From contig JAHAXB010000034.1 in the NCBI GenBank assembly GCA_018384735.1, positions 19,659 to 83,658 of the forward strand: a stretch of 64,000 nt of DNA. The letters are read 5' to 3'. Of this stretch, positions 46,953 to 56,261 are shown in pieces (within the stretch, counting starts at the first letter, position 1; the number at the start of each line of letters is the position of its first letter). The notes under the pieces were generated by a model. The model searched no databases and was not told the DNA's origin. It was given only the letters and a program-made list of their open reading frames with translations. The DNA is from Eubacteriales bacterium (GTDB lineage: Bacteria > Bacillota > Clostridia > Christensenellales > UBA1242). A program made the translations under genes and the position numbers.

Positions 46953-48689
46953 ATGTTAAATAAAATCAAAAATCCTAAGGATTTGAAAAAAATTTCCGTA
47001 GCTGAATTACCCGCGCTTTGTGCGGAAATCCGCCAAGCTTTGATTCAAAAAATCAGTACTAACGGCGGGCACTTAGCCCCCAATTTAGGCGTAGTTGAAT
47101 TGACCACCGCACTACACTATGTTTTCAACGCACCGGTCGACCAAATTGTTTTCGATGTTTCACACCAAACTTATGTCCATAAAATGTTAACCGGACGCGC
47201 TACAGCTTTTACTGACCCGAAACATTACCAAGATGTGAACGGTTTTGCCAACCCCGCCGAAAGTCCGTACGACTTGTTTACTTTGGGTCACACTTCGACC
47301 GCGTTATCGCTCGCGTGTGGTTTAGCCAAAGCCCGCGACTTGCAAAAGCAAAAACACCATGTGATAACTATCATCGGCGATGGTTCACTTTCCGGCGGTC
47401 AAGCTTACGAAGCGTTGAACAACATTGCCGAACAAGGTGGCAACAACATCATCATTGTCAACGACAACGAAATGTCAATTGCGGAAAATCATGGTGGCTA
47501 TTACCGCAATTTGGAACTGTTGCGCACAACCAACGGTCAGAGTGAAAACAACTTCTTCCGCGCTTTGGGCTTGGATTATGTTTACGAGCCGAACGGCAAT
47601 GATGTGGCAAGTTTAATTAAAACCCTTAACCAAGTGAAAGATTGCACCGCGCCCACCGTGGTTCATGTCCATACCCTTAAAGGCTGTGGTTACCAACCGG
47701 CAGAAAACAATCCGGAAATGTTTCACTATACCGCACCATTTGACATAAACACCGGTAAACACTCAACTACGGGCGACAATGACAACTACACTGACATTAC
47801 TTATCAATACCTTGCCGAACGCATGCAATCCGACCGCAAACTAGTGACCATTACTTCGGCGACCCCGAACCCGACTGGTTTTAACGCGGAACGCCGTAAA
47901 CAAGCGGGACAACAGTTTGTCGATGTGGGCATCGCTGAAGAACACGCGGTGGCTTACGCGGCAGGCTTGGCAAAAGGTGGCGCGCATCCCGTTTACGAAG
48001 TACAAGGTTCGTTCTTGCAACGCAGTTTCGACCAACTGCACCAAGATTTAGCCCTGGATAACAACCCCGCCACACTGTTAGTTTTCGGCGACCACATTCA
48101 CGGCATGGGCGGTTCAACCCACAACGGTTTTTACGACATTATTCAATTAGGCAACATTCCTAACTTGTTATATTTGGCACCCATCAGCAAACAAAGTTAT
48201 TTACAAATGTTGGATTGGGCGCTCGAACAAACGACACACAGTGTTGCCATCCGCGTTCCCGACGCAGTAATTGACGACCCGTTAAAGGTAAAAAAGTTCA
48301 CACTTCAAGCCCGCACCATCAACAAAGGCGAAAAGGTTGCCATCATCGCCGTGGGTTCCGCTTTCCCGTTGGCAACTAAAGTCATGCATAATTTACAAGC
48401 CAAAGGCCTGAACCCGACCTTGATTGACCCCGTTTGTGTTTCCACATTAGATGAAAAAATCTTGGACAGTTTAACCAAGAACCACGAATTAGTCGTAACA
48501 CTGGAGGAAGGCGCTTTGGCAGGTGGTTTTGGTCAAAAAGTCGCCGCTTACTACGGCGACAAAAATGTCAAAGTACATAACTTCGGTTTCAGCCAAGGAT
48601 TAACCCAAGACTTTGAACCTGCAAGTTTCTTACGTCAAAATGGTTTTACTGCCGCAAACATTACCAAGTACATTTTAACGCACTGTTAA
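46953..48689 (+). CDS. dxs: 1-deoxy-D-xylulose-5-phosphate synthase
   Basis: GGHLAPNLGVVELTTALHYVF, DVSHQTYVHKMLTGR, GDGSLSGGQAYEALNN and a transketolase-like C-terminal half. 578 aa. Confidence 0.82.
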   Translation: MLNKIKNPKDLKKISVAELPALCAEIRQALIQKISTNGGHLAPNLGVVELTTALHYVFNAPVDQIVFDVSHQTYVHKMLTGRATAFTDPKHYQDVNGFANPAESPYDLFTLGHTSTALSLACGLAKARDLQKQKHHVITIIGDGSLSGGQAYEALNNIAEQGGNNIIIVNDNEMSIAENHGGYYRNLELLRTTNGQSENNFFRALGLDYVYEPNGNDVASLIKTLNQVKDCTAPTVVHVHTLKGCGYQPAENNPEMFHYTAPFDINTGKHSTTGDNDNYTDITYQYLAERMQSDRKLVTITSATPNPTGFNAERRKQAGQQFVDVGIAEEHAVAYAAGLAKGGAHPVYEVQGSFLQRSFDQLHQDLALDNNPATLLVFGDHIHGMGGSTHNGFYDIIQLGNIPNLLYLAPISKQSYLQMLDWALEQTTHSVAIRVPDAVIDDPLKVKKFTLQARTINKGEKVAIIAVGSAFPLATKVMHNLQAKGLNPTLIDPVCVSTLDEKILDSLTKNHELVVTLEEGALAGGFGQKVAAYYGDKNVKVHNFGFSQGLTQDFEPASFLRQNGFTAANITKYILTHC

Positions 48690-49315
48690 AGGTTATCGCG
48701 ACCGCCAAGGTTTTCCTTGATGGAAATACGCTCAACCGTACATTTGCGCACGCGTTGATCATGTTCCACGCGTGGCGTATGGTCAATGACTTGTGCGACC
48801 AAGGCCTCTTGTTTATTTTCTGAATCATGCATCTGATTATAAATTTGGTAATCACCATTACCCCAAGTCGGCGTAATTCCGTGGGACTCCAAAATCTTTA
48901 CCGCGTCTAATTTCGTGACACCCAACTCTGCCAATGATGTTGCTTTTTTCGCTTGGGCAATTTCGTGTTTTTTGTCCGTGATTTTTTGTTTAATGTGGCT
49001 GTCGTTAATCATCTGTTCGGATTTAACTTCCGCAACAACCAAGCGGTTATTCAATTCCGCTTCTTTTTTAGCCCCGTCTTGCAGGGTTGCCAAGTTAGCC
49101 CGGTAGGCTAAATACTCCTTACGTTTAGTAAAGCGTTCCCAAAACGAATGTTTGGTACTACGGTAATTTTCCACATCCTTGCGAGCATAACGCAAGACAT
49201 TTAATTGGCCAGTAATGGCATTAACTTCGTCAAACATGCTGGCATATTCCATTTCTAATTGTTCTAATTCTCGTTTTAATTCAGCAATTTTTAAGCACCG
49301 GAGCTCTTCAACCAT
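48686..49315 (-). CDS. Hypothetical coiled-coil protein; N-terminal-only paralog of the 508-aa protein at 49535-51061
   Basis: Shared blocks: FWERFTKRKEYLAYRANLATL vs IFSAKTRKAYKKYQAALAEL, and LAELGVTKLDAVKILESHGITP vs LGELNLSPAEAIKLLENHDITP. The track start at 49327 is a GTG inside the -10 box, so ATG 49315 was used. Confidence 0.5.
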   Translation of the reverse strand: MVEELRCLKIAELKRELEQLEMEYASMFDEVNAITGQLNVLRYARKDVENYRSTKHSFWERFTKRKEYLAYRANLATLQDGAKKEAELNNRLVVAEVKSEQMINDSHIKQKITDKKHEIAQAKKATSLAELGVTKLDAVKILESHGITPTWGNGDYQIYNQMHDSENKQEALVAQVIDHTPRVEHDQRVRKCTVERISIKENLGGRDNL

Positions 49316-49534
49316 AATAGTGACCACTATAACACACTTATTTCGCTTTGTAAACAGGGCGAATTATCGCGTGTATCCTTGCTCCTTATTTTGGGTTTGT
49401 AAAGCACAATCAATCATAACTTTACGCACATAATCATTCATGTTTAAGTTCTCGCGTACTTCACGCACATTTAAGGAAGTGATAACATAATGCGGGCATT
49501 ATCAACAACCCGGTTGCCGTGTAAATATTTAAAA

Positions 49535-51061
49535 TTACAACGTACGGTCGGCTTCCATGGTGCGGGCGCGCAAGACACTATTGGCAAGCACTTGTGCCGC
49601 ATATTCACAGGGAGATACACCAAGCACATCCGCAGCTTTAGATTCCCCGTAATGGTCAATTATGTGTTGTAAATTGGCTTGGTTAGTATTGGATAACGGA
49701 ATACCGGCGCGTTGCATCTTTGCTGCCAAAACTTCAAGATTACGTCGGTTTCCGACAATAGCACACGGCGCAATCGGACGACTCTTTGAACTGAAACTTG
49801 TTTGTGCAAAAATTTTGCCGACCATGTCATTAAAATCGACGGTCTTTAATTGCGGAGCCAAACGCTCCAAATCAGATGCGGATTGAATTAAATGATTGTC
49901 AACCAGCATTTTCACAATGGCAATGGCTTTGTTGATACCAATGTTAAAATCTTCATCTTCATAGTCGGTCGAATCGGTATGTTGCACAACATCAAGTTTT
50001 TCGCGTTCGGCAATTTGATAAAATTGTTGTTCGCTTTCGTGGTCATCCCACCCCCACATACCAACTTTTTCCGCGCGATAGCCCAACTGCGACAAAAATG
50101 GTGCCGCCAAACCTTTGGCATTTTCACTTTTGTAGCCCATAACATTCACACCGGGGTTAAGTTCCTTGACGGTTTCCACTTCGGCAGCAGGACACAAAAT
50201 CCAAGCATTTTGGGTTAAATCCACGCCCCCACGGGTGTAAGTATCGTTCGGTTCCAACGAACCAATCTTGTCGCTGGGAATTTCGGCCATGGGTTGCAAA
50301 ATACAATAATGGCAATGATCCCAGTTGCCCCAATTATGCGAAGATACTTCATCGTTCATGGATAAATGTACGGTGTCGCGTTCCAATAAATAACTGTATT
50401 CGTACTCCTTGCCGTCAATTTGGATTTTTTCGTTTTGTATTACCCCAGCTTCTTTAATGGTGCTAATCCGATTGTTTTCCGGCATAATGTCCATTTTATG
50501 CACCGCGCATAAAGCCGCTTTACCTTTGGTTGCGTATTCGCGCGGTCGTTCAAAAGTAGCATAGTCACTTTCGTCCAAAACTGGTGTAATGTCATGATTC
50601 TCTAGTAACTTGATGGCCTCGGCAGGACTAAGATTTAATTCGCCCAAACATTGCGCCATATCTTTGTGATAATAGTCGTATTCAGCTGCTTCAATTTTTT
50701 GTAAGATTCCACTAGCATTAATTTGTAAATCAACTTGTTTTTCTGCAATTTCCATCTCACTGGTTAATTTAGAAATTCTATCAGGTAAAGTTTTTAGTTC
50801 AGCTAATGCAGCCTGATATTTTTTATAAGCTTTACGCGTTTTAGCACTAAAGATACGCTTCAATACCGAAATATTTTGATTACGAAATTCTCCAGTTTTA
50901 TGTTTCTCATTTAATTGCAAAGTTTCTAATTTTCTTTCATAATCCCATATTTTATCGCGCAACACAACAACATCAGCACGCATTGATTCTTTTTCAGCCT
51001 TCAGCGCTTGCAATTTGGCTTCGGCCTCTGCCAACATTAATTTTTGCACATCCTTAAACAT
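49535..51061 (-). CDS. Hypothetical protein (508 aa): coiled-coil N-terminus plus unknown globular C-terminal region
   Basis: Intact ORF. TGcTATTTT ends 7 nt before the ATG. A His/Trp-rich block SSHNWGNWDHCHYCILQP is present. No family recognised. Confidence 0.6.
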   Translation of the reverse strand: MFKDVQKLMLAEAEAKLQALKAEKESMRADVVVLRDKIWDYERKLETLQLNEKHKTGEFRNQNISVLKRIFSAKTRKAYKKYQAALAELKTLPDRISKLTSEMEIAEKQVDLQINASGILQKIEAAEYDYYHKDMAQCLGELNLSPAEAIKLLENHDITPVLDESDYATFERPREYATKGKAALCAVHKMDIMPENNRISTIKEAGVIQNEKIQIDGKEYEYSYLLERDTVHLSMNDEVSSHNWGNWDHCHYCILQPMAEIPSDKIGSLEPNDTYTRGGVDLTQNAWILCPAAEVETVKELNPGVNVMGYKSENAKGLAAPFLSQLGYRAEKVGMWGWDDHESEQQFYQIAEREKLDVVQHTDSTDYEDEDFNIGINKAIAIVKMLVDNHLIQSASDLERLAPQLKTVDFNDMVGKIFAQTSFSSKSRPIAPCAIVGNRRNLEVLAAKMQRAGIPLSNTNQANLQHIIDHYGESKAADVLGVSPCEYAAQVLANSVLRARTMEADRTL

Positions 51062-51105
51062 TTAATTAAAAATAGCAAATTTTTTCCTCTATGTAAAGAT
51101 TAAAT

Positions 51106-51182
51106 TGGTGCGTCGTGAGGGAGTCGAACCCCCAACCGTTTGGTTCGAAGCCAAATACTCTATCCAGTTGAGCTAACGACGC
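51106..51182 (-). tRNA. tRNA-Arg (anticodon UCG), CCA encoded
   Basis: Manual cloverleaf: GCGTCGT/ACGACGC acceptor stem, GCTC-AACTGGATA-GAGT D arm, TTTGG-CTTCGAA-CCAAA anticodon arm, GGGGG-TTCGACT-CCCTC T arm, then ACCA. 77 nt. Confidence 0.88.
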
Positions 51183-51260
51183 ATGAACCATTGCTAGCAT
51201 AACAAAAAAAGCCCGCACTTGGCAAGGCTTTCCCTGTGACAATTTTTGTCGAAACGCGCT

Positions 51261-51497
51261 TTACGCCGCTTTAACTTTTTTGGTTTTCATAATGACGCGG
51301 GCAATGACGGTCGCCAACAAAAGCAACGCCGCCGAACCGATGATGGCATAAATAATGCGCCCCACCATACTGAGTTTGGCACCAAAGATTAACTCCATCA
51401 CATCTACGCCAAACACGCCGTAGATAAAAAAGTTCAATCCGCCCAGTAGCAAAATCATAAATGCAACCACGTCCACAATTTTCATTACTTTGTTCAT
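51261..51497 (-). CDS. DUF378-like small membrane protein
   Basis: 78 aa from ATG 51497 (SD AGGGGTG): MNKVMKIVDVVAFMILLLGGLNFFIYGVFGVDVMELIFG.... Two TM helices are typical of DUF378/YuzA. The track start at 51665 overlaps uvrC. Confidence 0.6.
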   Translation of the reverse strand: MNKVMKIVDVVAFMILLLGGLNFFIYGVFGVDVMELIFGAKLSMVGRIIYAIIGSAALLLLATVIARVIMKTKKVKAA

Positions 51498-51543
51498 ATT
51501 TTCACCCCTGAACATAGCGTGTGTGGTTTGCCGGATTTTATAC

Positions 51544-52668
51544 TCACAAACGAATTTTGTCGCGCAAACTTTTGTGGTAAGTAATCGCAAACCGGTGTGC
51601 TTCATCGCGAATACGTTGTAACAAGCGCAAAGCATAACTATGATGCGACAAGACAATAGGTTCATCTTGCGTGGTGGTAAACACTAATTCAAACCGTTTG
51701 GCTAGTGAGATATAGGTAATGCCGTCCGCCTTTGGTACCGCGCCCAGTTGTCCCTTACCGCCATCAATTACGATAATATCTGGATACGCCCATTCCTTAT
51801 GTTTCAAACGGCGGGTCAAAGTTTCCTGCATCGACAAAAAGTCGTTATTGCCTAAACCGTGTTTCATGCGGAAGCGCCGATACTGGCTTTTGTCCGCCAC
51901 CCCGTCCACAAAAACCACCATGGACGCCACCACATACTCGCCCGCGGTGTGCGAAATATCATAACATTCAATCCGGCGCGGGGTCTTCGGCAAGTTTAAC
52001 ACTTCGCCCAATTCACGGCAGGCACCCAAAGTAAACGCGTTCGCATCTTCGGCGGTGGTTTGCACGCGGGCGCGGGTTTTCAGCCGGTTGACCATTTGCA
52101 AAACATTGCGGTAAGCAATCGCCAATTCAAATTGTTGCATGGAACTGGCTTCCTGCATGCGCTTGGTCATGACCGCCTCGACCTCGTCGTAGCGTTTGCC
52201 GGATAAAAACTCGGCCGCTTGTACGGGGTCGTCATGGTAAATGCTGCGGATAATGTCCATCAAATACTTCACGTAAATGCCGTTAAAATAGGGACCAAAG
52301 ATTTGACCTGCCCCGCTGTTAGTGCGGATAACCCCGATTTTACCGTCCGGCGTAATTTGGATATAGGGGAACTTTTTATCGTCTTTCAAAAGAATATTAT
52401 ATTTGGGTTGGTGTTTGTGAATTAAGTTGGCTTCCAAAAACAATGCGTCGTTTTCCGTATTCACCACAAACCACTCTAAATCAGCAATGTGTGCCACCAT
52501 CGCGGTAGCTTTGGCATCGTGCGCACCAATGAAATATGACGACACCCGGTTTTTCAAATTCTTGGCTTTTCCAATATAAATTATTGTGCCAGCGGAATCT
52601 TTCATAACGTAAACACCGGGGTCTTTCGGCAATGTTTTTAACTTTTGCTTAATATTTATCATTGTCAT
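51544..52668 (-). CDS. uvrC: UvrC-like excinuclease subunit, shortened (374 aa), lacking the C-terminal (HhH)2 domain
   Basis: GIY-YIG domain (PGVYVMKDSAGTIIYIGKAKNLKNRVSSYF), UVR-like helix (FELAIAYRNVLQMV), endonuclease domain (RIECYDISHTAGE...PDIIVIDGGKGQL...RIRDEAHRFAI). The ORF then ends. Confidence 0.7.
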   Translation of the reverse strand: MTMINIKQKLKTLPKDPGVYVMKDSAGTIIYIGKAKNLKNRVSSYFIGAHDAKATAMVAHIADLEWFVVNTENDALFLEANLIHKHQPKYNILLKDDKKFPYIQITPDGKIGVIRTNSGAGQIFGPYFNGIYVKYLMDIIRSIYHDDPVQAAEFLSGKRYDEVEAVMTKRMQEASSMQQFELAIAYRNVLQMVNRLKTRARVQTTAEDANAFTLGACRELGEVLNLPKTPRRIECYDISHTAGEYVVASMVVFVDGVADKSQYRRFRMKHGLGNNDFLSMQETLTRRLKHKEWAYPDIIVIDGGKGQLGAVPKADGITYISLAKRFELVFTTTQDEPIVLSHHSYALRLLQRIRDEAHRFAITYHKSLRDKIRL

Positions 52669-52697
52669 TTGGCTATAAATAGTATATCCTATTATTT

Positions 52698-55040
52698 ATG
52701 AATAACCAACAACCTAAAAAAAAGAAATTTAATTGGTGGTGGCTGGTCATTGGTATCATCGCCATCTTTTTATTAGTCACTTTAACTACTCCATCGTCCA
52801 AACTGAAATCCATCAGTTTGACTCAGTTGCGTAACGACGCAGCGGTCGAATACAAAGACGGCGAATATGTTAAAAGAACCGACGCAGAAAATAAAATCTA
52901 TGGCGCCTATAAAATGGACAACAATTACTACATTATTTATTTATCCACGATAAATGGCACCAACCAACAACACCTTTTGAAAGCCGACGACATTAACAAT
53001 ATTACTAATAACCCGGCCAACATTAAATATTATGCGGACGCGGTGGTTTACGACAGCACGGGTACCGCAATGCGCATCTTAATGACCAACCCCGACATCG
53101 TAGTTGACTCTGGGGCAACCCCAGGCAGTTGGACGGATTGGATTTTACCGGTCATCTACATTTTAATGTTCTTGGGTGTGATTTTCATTTTGTGGCGCAG
53201 CATGGCAGGTCGTAGTGGTTTAGCTTCCATGACCCAAAACCGCGCTACCGTAGTTTTCAACGGACCAACCCGTTTCAGCGATGTCGCAGGTATCGACGAA
53301 GAAAAAGAGCAAGTTGCCGAAATCGTGGACTTCTTACGTAACCCACGCAAATATGTGGAAATGGGCGCACGTATTCCCAAGGGTGTTTTACTGGTCGGTC
53401 AACCAGGTACGGGTAAAACCCTATTAGCCAAAGCCATTGCGGGCGAAGCGGGCGTACCGTTCTTCTCGCTTTCGGGCAGTGATTTTTCCGAAATGTTGGT
53501 CGGCGTAGGTCCCGCCCGTATGCGCGACTTGTTCGAACAAGCCAAAGCCCATGCACCGGCGATTATCTTCCTTGACGAATTAGATTCGATTGCCCGCATG
53601 CGCGGAGTTGGTGCTTCGGGTGTCGCGGAAGAAAACGAACAAACTTTGAACCAATTATTGGTTCAAATGGACGGTTTCTCCAAATCCGAAGGTGTCATTG
53701 TGTTGGCAGCTACCAACCGCCCCGACGTTTTGGATCCGGCAATTTTGCGTCCGGGTCGTTTCGACCGTCAAATCATTGTGCAAGTTCCTGACGTTGATGG
53801 TCGTGAAAAAATCTTGAAAGTTCATGCTCGTAACAAACCATTGGGCGATGTTGATTTGAAACGTGTAGCCCAAATTACCAGCGGTTTCACTGGTGCGGAC
53901 TTGGAAAACCTATTGAACGAAAGTGCGATTATCGCCGCCAAAGATAACCGCAAAAAAATCTCCATGCAAGACATCACCGAAGGTATCAACAAAGTTTTGA
54001 TTGGACCCCAAAAGAAATCACGCATCATTACCGAAGAAGATAAACGCATTACGGCTTACCACGAATCTGGTCATGCGATTATTTCCAAAGTCTTGATGCC
54101 GGAACAAACTGTACAGGAAGTTTCGATCATTCCCAGAGGCATGGCGGCTGGTTACACCCTCACCAATAACCAAAACGACGAACACAACCACCAAAGTCTG
54201 ACCATGTTAAAAAACCGTTTGGCCATGTTGTTGGGTGGTCGCTCCGCCGAACAGATTTTCATCGGCGACATTTGCACGGGTGCCTCCAACGACATCAAAG
54301 TAGCAACCGAGTTAGCCGAAAACATGGTGACCAAATGGGGTATGAGCAGCAAGTTGGGACCACTCTACTACGGCAAAGAAAGCGAAGTTGCATTACGCCT
54401 TTATAACCAAAAGAATTTGAGCGAATCCGTACAAGCCACCATTGATAACGAAATCAAAGACTTAATCATGGAAGCGCAAACCCGTTGCCAAAAAGTTTTG
54501 CACGACAACGCTGCCAAAGTTAAAGTGATGGCGGAATTGTTGCTTGATAACGAAACCATCTATTTGGAAGATATTAACATGGTCATGGAAGGCAAATCTG
54601 CCAAGGAAATTAACCAAGCCATGGTCACACGCCGTGAACAACAAAAACAAAGCGCGAATGACGAACGCATTAACGACATGATTAACCAAATTGAACCATT
54701 GTTAAAACGCTCAGTGGAAATTGCGGAATTACACTTAGCCGAAGGCTTGGTCACCGAAGAACACATGACCAAATTGCGCCAAAACTGCGAATTAGCGCGC
54801 GATTACATCCGCCGTACCGGCAAGGTACCACCGATTCCCACCATCGATTTTGAATCTTTGGACAACTACCCCAGTTTGGTTGCCATCAAGGACGAACCCA
54901 AGGTTGAAACCAAAGTAGCGGAAAAAACCACGGCTCCGGTCAAAAAGACTGCGGCTAAGAAAACTACAACCGCCAAGAAAACCACCACAACTAAAAAGAC
55001 AACAAAGGAAACCAAAGATGGAAACGGAGACGGTCAGTAA
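52698..55040 (+). CDS. ftsH: ATP-dependent zinc metalloprotease FtsH with extended extracytoplasmic region and K/T-rich C-terminal tail
   Basis: GQPGTGKT Walker A, IIFLDELD Walker B, the AAA second region of homology, and the AYHESGHAI zinc motif. 780 aa. Confidence 0.92.
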   Translation: MNNQQPKKKKFNWWWLVIGIIAIFLLVTLTTPSSKLKSISLTQLRNDAAVEYKDGEYVKRTDAENKIYGAYKMDNNYYIIYLSTINGTNQQHLLKADDINNITNNPANIKYYADAVVYDSTGTAMRILMTNPDIVVDSGATPGSWTDWILPVIYILMFLGVIFILWRSMAGRSGLASMTQNRATVVFNGPTRFSDVAGIDEEKEQVAEIVDFLRNPRKYVEMGARIPKGVLLVGQPGTGKTLLAKAIAGEAGVPFFSLSGSDFSEMLVGVGPARMRDLFEQAKAHAPAIIFLDELDSIARMRGVGASGVAEENEQTLNQLLVQMDGFSKSEGVIVLAATNRPDVLDPAILRPGRFDRQIIVQVPDVDGREKILKVHARNKPLGDVDLKRVAQITSGFTGADLENLLNESAIIAAKDNRKKISMQDITEGINKVLIGPQKKSRIITEEDKRITAYHESGHAIISKVLMPEQTVQEVSIIPRGMAAGYTLTNNQNDEHNHQSLTMLKNRLAMLLGGRSAEQIFIGDICTGASNDIKVATELAENMVTKWGMSSKLGPLYYGKESEVALRLYNQKNLSESVQATIDNEIKDLIMEAQTRCQKVLHDNAAKVKVMAELLLDNETIYLEDINMVMEGKSAKEINQAMVTRREQQKQSANDERINDMINQIEPLLKRSVEIAELHLAEGLVTEEHMTKLRQNCELARDYIRRTGKVPPIPTIDFESLDNYPSLVAIKDEPKVETKVAEKTTAPVKKTAAKKTTTAKKTTTTKKTTKETKDGNGDGQ

Positions 55041-55377
55041 GCGTTTCACGAAAAATGACGCAGGCTTTGTTTGTGCGCACTGCGGCAAACAAGTTCCCCC
55101 GCTGTTTTCGTCTTCGCGCGACCACTGCACCAAATGTTTGTATTCGTTACACGTTGATGTCAACCCCGGCGACCGCGCCAACACTTGTCACGGTTTGTTG
55201 GTACCGATTGGCATTACCATGAACAGCAAAAAAGGCACCATCATCAATTATCACTGTGACACTTGCGGGGCTTACCATAACAACAAAGCCGCGCCAGATG
55301 ACGACTTTGACGCCATTTTGGAATTGTCCCGTAACCCATTGAAATACCTTTACGGTTTGAAAGACGACAACAATTAA
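55018..55377 (+). CDS. RNHCP-domain zinc-ribbon protein
   Basis: FVCAHCGK...SSRDHCTKCLYSLHVD...CHGLL...HCDTCG matches my recollection of the RNHCP domain pattern. The start overlaps the ftsH 3' end. Confidence 0.55.
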   Translation: METETVSKRFTKNDAGFVCAHCGKQVPPLFSSSRDHCTKCLYSLHVDVNPGDRANTCHGLLVPIGITMNSKKGTIINYHCDTCGAYHNNKAAPDDDFDAILELSRNPLKYLYGLKDDNN

Positions 55378-55459
55378 CAAAGTTTGGACACCACTTCCCG
55401 CCTATCTTGACTTTTTGGCGTTAATTTGGTATACTGGGTGATTATTTTCAGAGGAAATC

Positions 55460-56221
55460 ATGCAAGAACTAAACAAAAAAGATTACGCGCGAATTAAAAA
55501 AGTCAACCAAACTTATCACCACTTAGGTATCACTTGGGTTCCCGGGATTGAAGAAAAATTGGGTCAAGCTTATGGCAAAGCTTTTCAGGCGTTTGTTGAA
55601 CGTTGCCAAAATAACGCAGAATGGCGCAATGCTTATTTGTTCATGCAAAACTATAAAGATGTTGTTAATTTTGACATGGATTCCCATTTCGAAATTACCT
55701 TGGGCGATAGCGAATACAAATTGAAAGTTTTTAACGCAAACATCAAAAATGAATACATTGACAGCCACGAAAATTTGGACAAATACCGTCGCCAAACCAA
55801 CGAAAAAATCAACGCGTTAAATCAAAAGCGTTTTGCTTTGTGTCGTAAGTTCCGCATTGAACAATTAAAACAAAAATTCCAAAATATTGAAAACGAAGCC
55901 AACCTGTATGCTTATTGGCAAAGGAAAGACGCATTGAAAAATGACTACTTACAAAACCAAACCGAAAAATACCACGCAGTTCACGCGAAATTTGAACAAA
56001 TTGAAGCCAATGCTGCCCGTACCGTTGCCATCGAAGCATTAAAGCACAAATCGGTTTTAACTTACCGCGACATAGACACCGTATTAACCAGCAATTTTGA
56101 GGTTGACGGTAACACATACACAATCAACAGCAAAGCATTGAATGCCGCTTTGAGTGAATTAAGACACGAAATCATGGACGAAAAAGCCACCACAACCGAA
56201 AACGAATTATCACGCAATTAA
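55460..56221 (+). CDS. Hypothetical protein (253 aa)
   Basis: Intact ORF with promoter TTGACT-N17-TATACT and SD-like AGAGGA. Helical, N/K/E/Q-rich. No family recognised. Confidence 0.55.
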   Translation: MQELNKKDYARIKKVNQTYHHLGITWVPGIEEKLGQAYGKAFQAFVERCQNNAEWRNAYLFMQNYKDVVNFDMDSHFEITLGDSEYKLKVFNANIKNEYIDSHENLDKYRRQTNEKINALNQKRFALCRKFRIEQLKQKFQNIENEANLYAYWQRKDALKNDYLQNQTEKYHAVHAKFEQIEANAARTVAIEALKHKSVLTYRDIDTVLTSNFEVDGNTYTINSKALNAALSELRHEIMDEKATTTENELSRN

Positions 56222-56222
56222 G

Positions 56223-56253
56223 AAAAAAACCTAGCCACTCGGCTAGGTTTTTT
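56223..56253. terminator. Bidirectional rho-independent terminator between the 253-aa gene and gap
   Basis: A7-CCTAGCC-ACTC-GGCTAGG-T6: a perfect 7-bp stem flanked by A and T runs. Confidence 0.8.
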
Positions 56254-56261
56254 ACTTTACA

